The notes under the pieces are model-generated. The model saw only the letters and a list, made by a program, of their open reading frames with translations, did no database searches and was not told the DNA's origin. From Flavobacterium sp. (GTDB lineage: Bacteria; Bacteroidota; Bacteroidia; Flavobacteriales; Flavobacteriaceae): a stretch of DNA of 47,369 nt. The position numbers and the translations under genes are program-made. Of this stretch, positions 9,221 through 17,635 are shown piece after piece; the first letter of the stretch is position 1; the number at the start of each line of letters is the position of its first letter. The stretch lies in assembly GCF_028712645.1 (NCBI RefSeq), contig NZ_JAQTPQ010000001.1, positions 1-47,369 on the forward strand. Direction: 5' to 3'.

Positions 9221-10762
9221 TTAAAACGGCATATCATCATCATCTTCTTCATTCAAATTACTACCGAAGGCTTCATTTGCAGATGGAAGATTTTTGGTTT
9301 GAAAAGGATTGTCGTCATGGTTCATTTTAGATGGTAAATCATCAAAACCGCCACTGTATTCTTCAAGGTTATCAAATTTACCTAATTGTCCAATAAATTT
9401 TAATCGAACATTTTCAAGAGAACCATTTCTATGTTTGGCAATGATAAATTCGGCTTGACCCGCTGATGGTGATTGCTCATCATCGTCCCATTCTTCAATT
9501 TTGTAATATTCAGGTCTGTAAATAAAGGATACAATATCGGCATCTTGCTCAATTGCACCCGATTCACGAAGGTCAGAAAGCAAGGGTCTTTTGCTCGAAC
9601 CACGAGTTTCTACGGCACGCGATAACTGTGATAATGCAATCACAGGAATATTTAACTCCTTTGCCAATGCTTTTAAATTTCTAGAAATTGTAGAGATTTC
9701 CTGCTCTCTGTTTCCACCGCCTTTTCCGTTTCCACCAGCAGTCATTAATTGCAAATAATCGACGATGATAATTTTAATTCCGTGTTGTGAAGCTAGACGT
9801 CTTGCTTTTGCTCTTAAATCAAAAATAGAAAGCGAAGGCGAGTCATCAATATAAAGCGGTGCTTTTTCTAGGTCTTTAACTTTAACACTTAATTGTTCCC
9901 ACTCGTGTTTTTCTAATTTTCCAGTTCTTAATTTCTCTGAAGACAAACCTGTTTCCGACGAAATTAATCTGGTAATTAACTGTACTGAGGACATCTCTAA
10001 CGAAAACAAAGCCACTGGGTGTCCAAAATCTATGGCAATATTACGAGCCATTGAAAGTACAAAAGCAGTTTTCCCCATCCCCGGCCTAGCCGCAATAATA
10101 ATCAAATCGCTTGGTTGCCATCCTGAAGTAATTGCATCCAGTTTTGTAAAACCAGTTTCTACACCACTCAATCCTTTTTGGTTGGCTATTTCCTCAATTC
10201 TTTTTTTGGCTTGCAACACCAAGCTTTGTGCGGTTTCGGAACTACGTTTTATATTGCCTTGGGTAACTTCATACAACTTAGATTCCGCTTTGTCTAATAA
10301 ATCAAAAACATCGGTAGTTTCATCATACGATTCTTCTATAATATCCGAAGAAATACGTATCAAACTACGTTGGATAAACTTTTGAAGAATGATTCTGGAG
10401 TGAAATTCGATGTGTGCCGAAGAGGATATTTTTTGGGTAAGTTGAATCAAGTAAAAATCGCCTCCAGCCAAGTCTAATTTTGCATTTTTTCGCAACTGTG
10501 CCGAAACGGTTAATAAGTCAATCGGCTGTGTATCTGTAAACAGCTGAACGATAGCTTCAAAAATATGTTTGTGTGCCTCTTTATAAAAAGCATCAGGTTG
10601 CAAAATGTCTATTACCTCATCAACCCCTTTTTTGTCAATCATCATCGCACCAAGTACAGCCTCTTCTAAATCTATTACCTGCGGTGGCAACTTCCCTTTT
10701 TCAAGGTTAATTATAGCTGTTTTATCTATTCGAATTGGGTTTATATTCTTGACGTTTTCCAT
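9221..10762 (-). CDS. dnaB: Replicative DNA helicase
   Basis: Walker A AARPGMGKT, IIVDYLQL, SQLSRAVE, LSDLRESGAIEQDAD, IIAKHRNG. Confidence 0.98.
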   Translation of the reverse strand: MENVKNINPIRIDKTAIINLEKGKLPPQVIDLEEAVLGAMMIDKKGVDEVIDILQPDAFYKEAHKHIFEAIVQLFTDTQPIDLLTVSAQLRKNAKLDLAGGDFYLIQLTQKISSSAHIEFHSRIILQKFIQRSLIRISSDIIEESYDETTDVFDLLDKAESKLYEVTQGNIKRSSETAQSLVLQAKKRIEEIANQKGLSGVETGFTKLDAITSGWQPSDLIIIAARPGMGKTAFVLSMARNIAIDFGHPVALFSLEMSSVQLITRLISSETGLSSEKLRTGKLEKHEWEQLSVKVKDLEKAPLYIDDSPSLSIFDLRAKARRLASQHGIKIIIVDYLQLMTAGGNGKGGGNREQEISTISRNLKALAKELNIPVIALSQLSRAVETRGSSKRPLLSDLRESGAIEQDADIVSFIYRPEYYKIEEWDDDEQSPSAGQAEFIIAKHRNGSLENVRLKFIGQLGKFDNLEEYSGGFDDLPSKMNHDDNPFQTKNLPSANEAFGSNLNEEDDDDMPF

Positions 10763-10766
10763 ATAG

Positions 10767-10851
10767 CGAAAGTAACAAAAATTAAAAAAACATTACTATT
10801 GAGTTATTACAAAAAATTGTTTATAACCAACCATTCTTTGTTAATAACCAA
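10767..10851 (-). promoter_or_regulatory. dnaB promoter region: -7-like TACTTTCG and DnaA-box-like repeats
   Basis: Minus-strand TACTTTCG (10767-10774) ends 4 nt before the ATG. TTGTTTATAACCAA (10817-10830) and TTGTTAATAACCAA (10838-10851). Confidence 0.5.
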
Positions 10852-10886
10852 AAAAAAATCCGAAGTGACGTGGCTTCGGATTTTTT
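10851..10886 (-). terminator. Intrinsic terminator downstream of accA
   Basis: AAAAAATCCGAAG-8 nt-CTTCGGATTTTTT inverted repeat with a U-tract on the minus strand. Confidence 0.85.
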
Positions 10887-10902
10887 AAAATTTTGTGAGT
10901 TT

Positions 10903-11856
10903 TTACTCTTTAAATTCACCCATTTTACTGTATTTATCCATCCTTTGGGCGACTAACTCTTCTGTTGATAAGTCTTTCATTTCATTGAACCCTTTCATGA
11001 TATATTTTTCCACCGTTTTGAAAGTGGTTTCTCTATCATAATGTGCTCCACCAAGTGGTTCTGGAATAATATCGTCTATCAATTTTTGTTTTTTCATATC
11101 GGAAGAAGTCAATTTCAAAGCTTCGGCAGCTTGTTCTTTGTAATCCCAACTTTTCCAAAGAATAGAAGAACAAGATTCTGGTGAGATAACAGAATACCAA
11201 GTGTTTTCTAACATATAAACCTTATCTCCTACTCCTATTCCCAAGGCTCCACCTGAAGCACCTTCACCAACGATAACAACAATAATAGGAACTTTCAACC
11301 GAATCATTTCGATAATATTTCTGGCAATAGCTTCTCCTTGTCCACGTTCTTCTGCTTCAATTCCAGGAAATGCGCCTGGTGTGTCTACAAAAGATAAAAC
11401 CGGAATACCAAATTTTTCGGCCATTTTCATCAATCTCAAGGCTTTTCGATAACCTTCAGGATTTGGCATTCCAAAATTTCTATATTGTCTCGTTTTAGTA
11501 TTGTATCCTTTTTGTTGACCAATTATCATAAACGATTGCCCGCCAATTTTTCCTAAACCACCTATCATCGCTTTATCATCCTTGAAGCCTCTATCGCCGT
11601 GTAGTTCAAGAAAAGTATCTCCGCAAAGAGCTTTAATATGGTCTAAAGTATAAGGTCTTCTAGGATGTCTCGACAATTGTACTCGTTGCCAAGCAGTCAG
11701 ATTTTTATAAATATGTTTTTTAGTATCTTCAAGTTTTTTGCTGATTTGTTGGCAAGTATTTGTAACATCAACATCTGATTCTTGGCCTATTACAAGACAT
11801 TTGTCTAACTGGTCTTCAAGTTCTTTTATTGGAAGCTCAAAATCTAAATATTCCAT
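10903..11856 (-). CDS. accA: Acetyl-CoA carboxylase carboxyltransferase alpha subunit
   Basis: [10 protein letters not shown] start, [32 protein letters not shown]. Start moved to the ATG at 11856. Confidence 0.97.
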   Translation of the reverse strand: MEYLDFELPIKELEDQLDKCLVIGQESDVDVTNTCQQISKKLEDTKKHIYKNLTAWQRVQLSRHPRRPYTLDHIKALCGDTFLELHGDRGFKDDKAMIGGLGKIGGQSFMIIGQQKGYNTKTRQYRNFGMPNPEGYRKALRLMKMAEKFGIPVLSFVDTPGAFPGIEAEERGQGEAIARNIIEMIRLKVPIIVVIVGEGASGGALGIGVGDKVYMLENTWYSVISPESCSSILWKSWDYKEQAAEALKLTSSDMKKQKLIDDIIPEPLGGAHYDRETTFKTVEKYIMKGFNEMKDLSTEELVAQRMDKYSKMGEFKE

Positions 11857-11889
11857 GGAGTATGTGCGTTTTGTTTGTGATTTGAAATG

Positions 11890-11897
11890 CAAATATA
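11890..11897 (-). promoter_or_regulatory. Bacteroidota -7 promoter element for accA
   Basis: Minus-strand TATATTTG matches TAnnTTTG, 33 nt upstream of the start. Confidence 0.6.
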
Positions 11898-11972
11898 AAA
11901 TTTAAAATTGTCAAAATTGTTTATTTCGAATCTAATTGCGAATAAATCCACAAAAAAAATCAACGAAAACAA

Positions 11973-12857
11973 CTATTCTTTAGATGTATTATAGCGCTTA
12001 ATAAAGCCATTCAGGATAACAGTAATAACAATTAGGATGGCTCCAATGTAAAACTCAATACTCATTTTTTCTTTTCCTCCAATAATAAAATAGGCTAAAA
12101 TAATACCGTAAACAGGTTCTAAACTAGTAGTTAACATAACTGTGTATGGAGATAATTTCTCCATAATTTTGACCGATGCGGTAAAGGCATAAGCAGTACA
12201 AATGGAAGCAAGAATTAGAAGTAAGAGCCAATCATTGGTTGTTAGTATAAAAAAATCAGTTGTAAATTTATGTTTAAATAAAAAATAAATAGAAATAAAA
12301 CCAACTCCCGACATAAATTCATAGAATGTAATCACAGAAGATTCGTGTTTATGAATCAATTTTCCGTTCATAAGCGTGAACAAAACTCCTATAATTATTG
12401 AAGCCAAAGCATAGAGTATCCCTTCAAAATAATTGATTTCAACTTGCAAAATTAAAATAAGACCTGCAATAATTACCAGCCCAAAAAACACTTCATACCA
12501 AAGTACTTTTCGACCATAAAAAAGAGGTTCTAATATGGAAGTAAAAAAGGCTCCCAACGAAAAAACAGCAAGAGTAACGGATACATTAGAAATGTGAATG
12601 GCTTGGAAAAAAAATATCCAATGAACGGCTATTAAAAGTCCGACAAAAATCAATTTAAAAAATTCTTTTACCGGAATTCGAAAGGATATCTTTTTAAATA
12701 GAATAAAAAGGAATAGAAAAGCTCCTGCAAAAAGCATTCGATACCAAACTAAAGCATCGGCTTTAATTGAAATCAGAGCACCTAGTACTGCTGTAAAACC
12801 CCAAATAAATACAATTAAATGAAGATTTAGATAGGTCTTTAATTTATCTCTTTGCAT
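11973..12857 (-). CDS. DMT/EamA-family transporter
   Basis: About 10 TM helices, IWGFT and LEP motifs in two EamA repeats. Confidence 0.88.
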   Translation of the reverse strand: MQRDKLKTYLNLHLIVFIWGFTAVLGALISIKADALVWYRMLFAGAFLFLFILFKKISFRIPVKEFFKLIFVGLLIAVHWIFFFQAIHISNVSVTLAVFSLGAFFTSILEPLFYGRKVLWYEVFFGLVIIAGLILILQVEINYFEGILYALASIIIGVLFTLMNGKLIHKHESSVITFYEFMSGVGFISIYFLFKHKFTTDFFILTTNDWLLLLILASICTAYAFTASVKIMEKLSPYTVMLTTSLEPVYGIILAYFIIGGKEKMSIEFYIGAILIVITVILNGFIKRYNTSKE

Positions 12858-13929
12858 TTCGTAATAAAAAAATGGCTAAAACTCCGAAAACTATATTAGG
12901 AAACCAAACAGCTAATAAAGGTGGAAAACTTGATTTTTCGGCCAATGTTCCAAAAATCTTGTCGAAAAACACAAAAGCAAAAGCCAACGCAATTCCAATA
13001 GCTAAACTCAATCCCATTCCTCCACGTCGTTTCATTGACGAAACTGCAACCGCAATAATAGTCAGTATAAATGCCGAAGCTGGAATACTGTATTTTTTAT
13101 ATAAAACTACTAAATATACATTTACATTTGAAGAACCTCGACCTCTTTCTTTGTCAATAAATCGGTTTAATTTTCCTAAGTTTAATGTTTCGGCAATATA
13201 AACCACCGGGGTCAAATCCTCTAAATCAAAACTAAATTTAGCGTCTTTTTTGTCCAATTTTTCAATTTTATCTCCTAATTCCCCAACGGTTCTTTTGGTG
13301 TAATCGAACATCGTGTAGTTTTTTGTTTTAGGATTCCATTGAATCCTGCTTGCCGAAATTTTATATACTAATTTATCCTTTTTGAACTTCTCATAGGTAA
13401 AATTATAGGCTGTTTTTGAAACCGTATTAAAACTATTGACATAGATAAATTCATTACTGCTTATTTGTCTAAATACATCTGTATTATTACCTCTCATCTG
13501 TTCTTTTCCACCAGTTCTAAGGTAGGTGTAGCGAAAATTATTAAAACCTTCACTGGATCTCGGAACGATAAAGAAACCCATTAATAATACGACTACTGAA
13601 ACAATTGCAGCTCCAATAATGAATGGTCTCAAAAATCTAGTAAATGAAATTCCTGAACTCAATATGGCTATAATCTCAGTATCATTGGCCAGTTTTGAAG
13701 TAAACCAAATTACGGATAAAAATAGAAATATCGGAAATAATAAATTAGTAAAATAGATTGTAAAATGATAGTAATAGATGGCGATATCAACAAATGGAAT
13801 CTTGTTTTCCAGCATAAAATTGATCTTCTCAGAAACATCAATAATAATCCCGATGGGAGCAAACAAAGCCAACATCACCACAAAAGTGGTTAAATATTTT
13901 TTAAGGATGTATTTGTCTAATATATTCAT
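12844..13929 (-). CDS. LptF/LptG-family LPS export permease
   Basis: LDKYILKKYL start, EIIAILSSGISFTRFLRP, 3 TM + periplasmic domain + 3 TM, AVWFPN. Confidence 0.9.
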   Translation of the reverse strand: MNILDKYILKKYLTTFVVMLALFAPIGIIIDVSEKINFMLENKIPFVDIAIYYYHFTIYFTNLLFPIFLFLSVIWFTSKLANDTEIIAILSSGISFTRFLRPFIIGAAIVSVVVLLMGFFIVPRSSEGFNNFRYTYLRTGGKEQMRGNNTDVFRQISSNEFIYVNSFNTVSKTAYNFTYEKFKKDKLVYKISASRIQWNPKTKNYTMFDYTKRTVGELGDKIEKLDKKDAKFSFDLEDLTPVVYIAETLNLGKLNRFIDKERGRGSSNVNVYLVVLYKKYSIPASAFILTIIAVAVSSMKRRGGMGLSLAIGIALAFAFVFFDKIFGTLAEKSSFPPLLAVWFPNIVFGVLAIFLLRNAKR

Positions 13930-13933
13930 TTTT

Positions 13934-14003
13934 TTGGTCTTGGGTTGTGGGTGTTAGGTGTTGGGTTTTGATACATTACTTATACCTATGACCCCAAACC
14001 TTA
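13934..14003. repeat. Degenerate heptamer arrays in opposite orientations between tgt and lptF/G
   Basis: TTGGTCT TGGGTTG TGGGTGT TAGGTGT TGGGTTT (13934-13968), then ACCTATG ACCCCAA ACCTTA (13984-14003). Confidence 0.65.
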
Positions 14004-15134
14004 TTACAATCTCTGGCTCATATTTCGAACCATCATTTCTTTCCAAGTTCTAAAATCTCCGGCTAAGATATGCTTTCTAGCCTCACGAACCAACCACATA
14101 TAAAATCCGAGATTGTGTATCGTAGCAATTTGTTTTCCAAGGTATTCATTGGCAGCAAAAAGGTGTCTTAAGTAAGCTTTTGTATATTCAGTATCGACAA
14201 AAGTATGCCCCATTTCGTCCACTGGCGAAAAGTCATCTTCCCACTTTTTGTTTTTAATGTTAATAGTTCCATTAGCAGTAAACAGCATTCCGTTTCTGGC
14301 ATTACGCGTTGGCATTACACAATCAAACATGTCAATTCCTAAAGCAATATTTTCGAGAATATTTATCGGAGTTCCCACGCCCATTAAATATCGAGGTTTG
14401 TCTTCTGGCAAAATATCACATACAATTTCAGTCATTGCATACATTTCTTCGGCTGGTTCGCCAACTGAAAGTCCACCAATTGCATTTCCTTGTTGTCCCG
14501 AATTAGCGATATATTCAGCCGATTGTTGACGCAAATCTTTATAAGTACTTCCTTGAACAATCGGGAAAAAAGTTTGGTCGTAACCGTATTTTGTAGGCAC
14601 TTTTTCCAAATGATTAATGCATCTATCCAACCAACGATGCGTCATTTTCATCGATTTTTGTGCATAGCGATAATCACAAGGATAAGGAGTGCATTCGTCG
14701 AAAGCCATAATGATATCAGCACCAATGGTACGTTGAATTTCCATTACATTTTCAGGAGTAAAAACGTGATAAGAACCGTCGATATGCGATTTGAACTTCA
14801 CTCCTTCTTCCTTTATTTTTCGGTTTGCCGAAAGTGAGTACACTTGGTAGCCACCAGAATCAGTCAAAATATTCCTGTCCCAATTCATAAATTTATGCAA
14901 ACCACCCGCTTTCTCCAAAATTTGGGTTTGTGGACGCAAGTATAAATGGTAGGTGTTTCCTAGAATAATATCCGGATTAATCTCCTCTTTTAATTCACGT
15001 TGGTGTACTCCTTTTACGGAAGCAACCGTTCCCACAGGCATAAAAATTGGGGTTTCAATCACGCCGTGATCAGTAGTAATACTTCCTGCTCTGGCTTTGG
15101 TATGCGGATCTTTTTGTAATAAATCAAACTTCAT
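14004..15134 (-). CDS. tgt: tRNA-guanine(34) transglycosylase
   Basis: TPIFMPVGT, LGNTYHL, LTDSGGYQV, AFDEC, RYLMGVG, FDCVMPTRNARNG. Confidence 0.98.
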   Translation of the reverse strand: MKFDLLQKDPHTKARAGSITTDHGVIETPIFMPVGTVASVKGVHQRELKEEINPDIILGNTYHLYLRPQTQILEKAGGLHKFMNWDRNILTDSGGYQVYSLSANRKIKEEGVKFKSHIDGSYHVFTPENVMEIQRTIGADIIMAFDECTPYPCDYRYAQKSMKMTHRWLDRCINHLEKVPTKYGYDQTFFPIVQGSTYKDLRQQSAEYIANSGQQGNAIGGLSVGEPAEEMYAMTEIVCDILPEDKPRYLMGVGTPINILENIALGIDMFDCVMPTRNARNGMLFTANGTINIKNKKWEDDFSPVDEMGHTFVDTEYTKAYLRHLFAANEYLGKQIATIHNLGFYMWLVREARKHILAGDFRTWKEMMVRNMSQRL

Positions 15135-15238
15135 CTGTCGTTTTTATTGTTTTTTTTGGTCAGATGTAATTCGCCAATAATCTCTTTTTTTTATTCAAGA
15201 TTTGTTATGGCTCATTTCACAAATGCTTTTTCAGTGCG

Positions 15239-15246
15239 CAAAGATA
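15239..15246 (-). promoter_or_regulatory. Bacteroidota -7 promoter element for the tgt operon
   Basis: Minus-strand TATCTTTG matches TAnnTTTG, about 105 nt upstream of tgt. Confidence 0.6.
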
Positions 15247-15425
15247 AATGATTTAGATTTTAGTCCCGACACTTCGGGATAGGATTTAGGATTTTATTTA
15301 ACAAGTCAGGTTTTAAAGTTTATTTTTTAGAAATTAACCCGTTGAGTTTAATTATATATATCTTTTTAAAATGCATTCATTTCAAGAAAATTTATAATCA
15401 ATTATCAAGACATTGTGTTGTGCAT

Positions 15426-15460
15426 AAAAAAACAGTAGTAAACGGAAGCTTACTACTGTC
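15426..15460 (-). terminator. Intrinsic terminator closing the glycosidase operon
   Basis: Minus strand GACAGTAGTAA-gcttccgt-TTACTACTGTT followed by a T run. Confidence 0.8.
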
Positions 15461-15519
15461 TAAAAATGGCACTTATATTTTTTATTAATCCTGAATAATC
15501 TCTTTTTCAGTATGAATCA

Positions 15520-17565
15520 TTATTTTACTTCAATAAACTCTGGTTCATAAGGAGGAATTGAAAAATTACCATTATACTTTTTATCAAAAAGAATACTTGT
15601 AGATTTTCCTTTCATTGGTATCTCTTTAGGTTCTCCACTTATATTTAGGTAAAGAAAATGGTTTTTATCAATTTGACGCGCCATTACACCCGAAGGTACA
15701 TTAGGTCCTTTTTTAATTCCTAATTCATCGATAAGCTCATCCAACAAAGGATTAAGTACGCTTCCATCAGCTGGTAAACCAACATAGATTGCTTTTCCTT
15801 TGCCATATTTATTGGAAGTCATAATTGGATAATCCTTATCCAAACTAGTGATACTTCCAATAACCTCAGCCCCTTTCAGGTCAATTACATCAAATCTTGT
15901 TGATTCTGTATCAACTGCTTTTCCTTTATATGTAAATTCAAGTTTTCTACCCTTGTATGATTTACGAGATATTTCGTTAAATGGCTCTGTTTCTTCAAAA
16001 CTTGCAATGCGTATTCCGAATACATCGCTCAAACGTCCAGGATGTGTCGAAGCAAATACCTGACCTGTTTCGTCCACAAGTGCTGAATTGCTTGTCATAA
16101 TAACCGTTCCACCATTTTTCACAAAGTCACGGATTTTTGTGGCAGTAACTTCATCCATAACTGTCACTCCAGGAACAATCAGCAATTTATATTTTAATGC
16201 ACTTTTGCTGATTTCCACAACATTGGCATCCATATTACGATAATAAAACAAGTTCCAACAAGATTGCAATTGATCATCTTGTTGCATTGGAAAAGAACTG
16301 CTTGCAATCTGACTTGGAAAAGAAAAAGCCATACCAACTTCTGGTTGTGGCTTATATGGAAAATATTTCCCGATTTTATTAAATTCGGTTGCCATTTGTT
16401 TATATTCATCATATTTACGGTTTGGAACTCCATCCCAATCAAGCATTCCTTGCAGGTATTGCTCTTCGCCCGCCCACATACTTTGCCAAGTCCAGCCACA
16501 CACCATTTGGTTTCCATACATAAGAGTGGCATAAGCCGATTTACGAATAGAATTTGGAACAGCCGTCATTGTCGTAAACTCACTACACCAAAAAGGGTTT
16601 TTACTTTCAAACTGGATACGAGAAATTCCAAAAGAAGAGTTCATAACTCCCCAATTGGTTATCAATGAATTCCCAGGATAAAACCCCGCACCGTGACGTG
16701 TCATTTTTCCAGAATATGCAATCTCCGAATAATCAAAATACCTTAATGCGCTGTAAAACCAAGCATTCGTATTAGTCAAAACATCAGGAGCATTTGCATT
16801 AACCTTATCAAGGACTTTAAGCAAAAACTCATTGATTTCATCAGACTCAAAACGACGAAAATCGAGAACTCTTTCAGGAGCACCAACTATCGAACCAGAC
16901 ATAGGCAAACCTACTTCCTCAAAATCATTAATTCTACGAGACCAACGCTGACCTGCCCATGCTTTATTTAAGTTCTCAGCTGTGTTGTATTTTTTCTTTA
17001 ACCAGATTATAAACCTTTCTCTTGCACTTTCAGAATATGAAATTGGACCGTCACCCGATTCATTATCTATTCCAAATGCCAATAATGCAGGATGTTTTGC
17101 ATAATGCTTTGTAATGGCTTCAGTATATCGTAGTGCATATTTTTGGTAGTTTGGATCCCCAATATCATCCATATAGCGGTGGTTTGGGTAAAGTTTATTT
17201 CCACTTGAATCAACAATATCAATCGCTGGGAATTTTTGATGTAACCAAATTGGAGCAGGACGTACGGCAATATCCAAAATCACTTTAATTCCTGCTTTAT
17301 TCATCAAATCCATCACAGTATCAAACCATTGAAAATCAAAATTCCCTTCTGATGGTTCATAACTATCCCAAGCCAAATGTCCCATACGTACTGATTTGAA
17401 ACCTGCTTCTTTCATTAACTGAATATCCTTTTTTATCTTTTCAATATTCCTATCGTCATGTGGATGATAATTGGATCCAACATATAATTCTTGGGCTTGC
17501 GATAAAAAACTAGATAAGAAAAAAACACCTATTAGAAAAAGAGTTTTATAAACTTTTGTAATCAT
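15520..17565 (-). CDS. GH42-family beta-galactosidase with signal peptide
   Basis: GSNYHP, AWDSYEPSEG.FDF, acid/base IDNE, nucleophile region WCSEF, trimerisation domain. Start moved to MITKVYK, which opens the signal peptide. Confidence 0.85.
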   Translation of the reverse strand: MITKVYKTLFLIGVFFLSSFLSQAQELYVGSNYHPHDDRNIEKIKKDIQLMKEAGFKSVRMGHLAWDSYEPSEGNFDFQWFDTVMDLMNKAGIKVILDIAVRPAPIWLHQKFPAIDIVDSSGNKLYPNHRYMDDIGDPNYQKYALRYTEAITKHYAKHPALLAFGIDNESGDGPISYSESARERFIIWLKKKYNTAENLNKAWAGQRWSRRINDFEEVGLPMSGSIVGAPERVLDFRRFESDEINEFLLKVLDKVNANAPDVLTNTNAWFYSALRYFDYSEIAYSGKMTRHGAGFYPGNSLITNWGVMNSSFGISRIQFESKNPFWCSEFTTMTAVPNSIRKSAYATLMYGNQMVCGWTWQSMWAGEEQYLQGMLDWDGVPNRKYDEYKQMATEFNKIGKYFPYKPQPEVGMAFSFPSQIASSSFPMQQDDQLQSCWNLFYYRNMDANVVEISKSALKYKLLIVPGVTVMDEVTATKIRDFVKNGGTVIMTSNSALVDETGQVFASTHPGRLSDVFGIRIASFEETEPFNEISRKSYKGRKLEFTYKGKAVDTESTRFDVIDLKGAEVIGSITSLDKDYPIMTSNKYGKGKAIYVGLPADGSVLNPLLDELIDELGIKKGPNVPSGVMARQIDKNHFLYLNISGEPKEIPMKGKSTSILFDKKYNGNFSIPPYEPEFIEVK

Positions 17566-17635
17566 ATTATTATTATTATTATTTCTTTTGTGTTGTATTA
17601 AAAGATATGCCGTGTTTTGAAATATTAAAAAACAC

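Noticed and set aside
9221..10762. Intein in DnaB
   Set aside because: Length (513 aa) and continuous helicase motifs leave no room for one.
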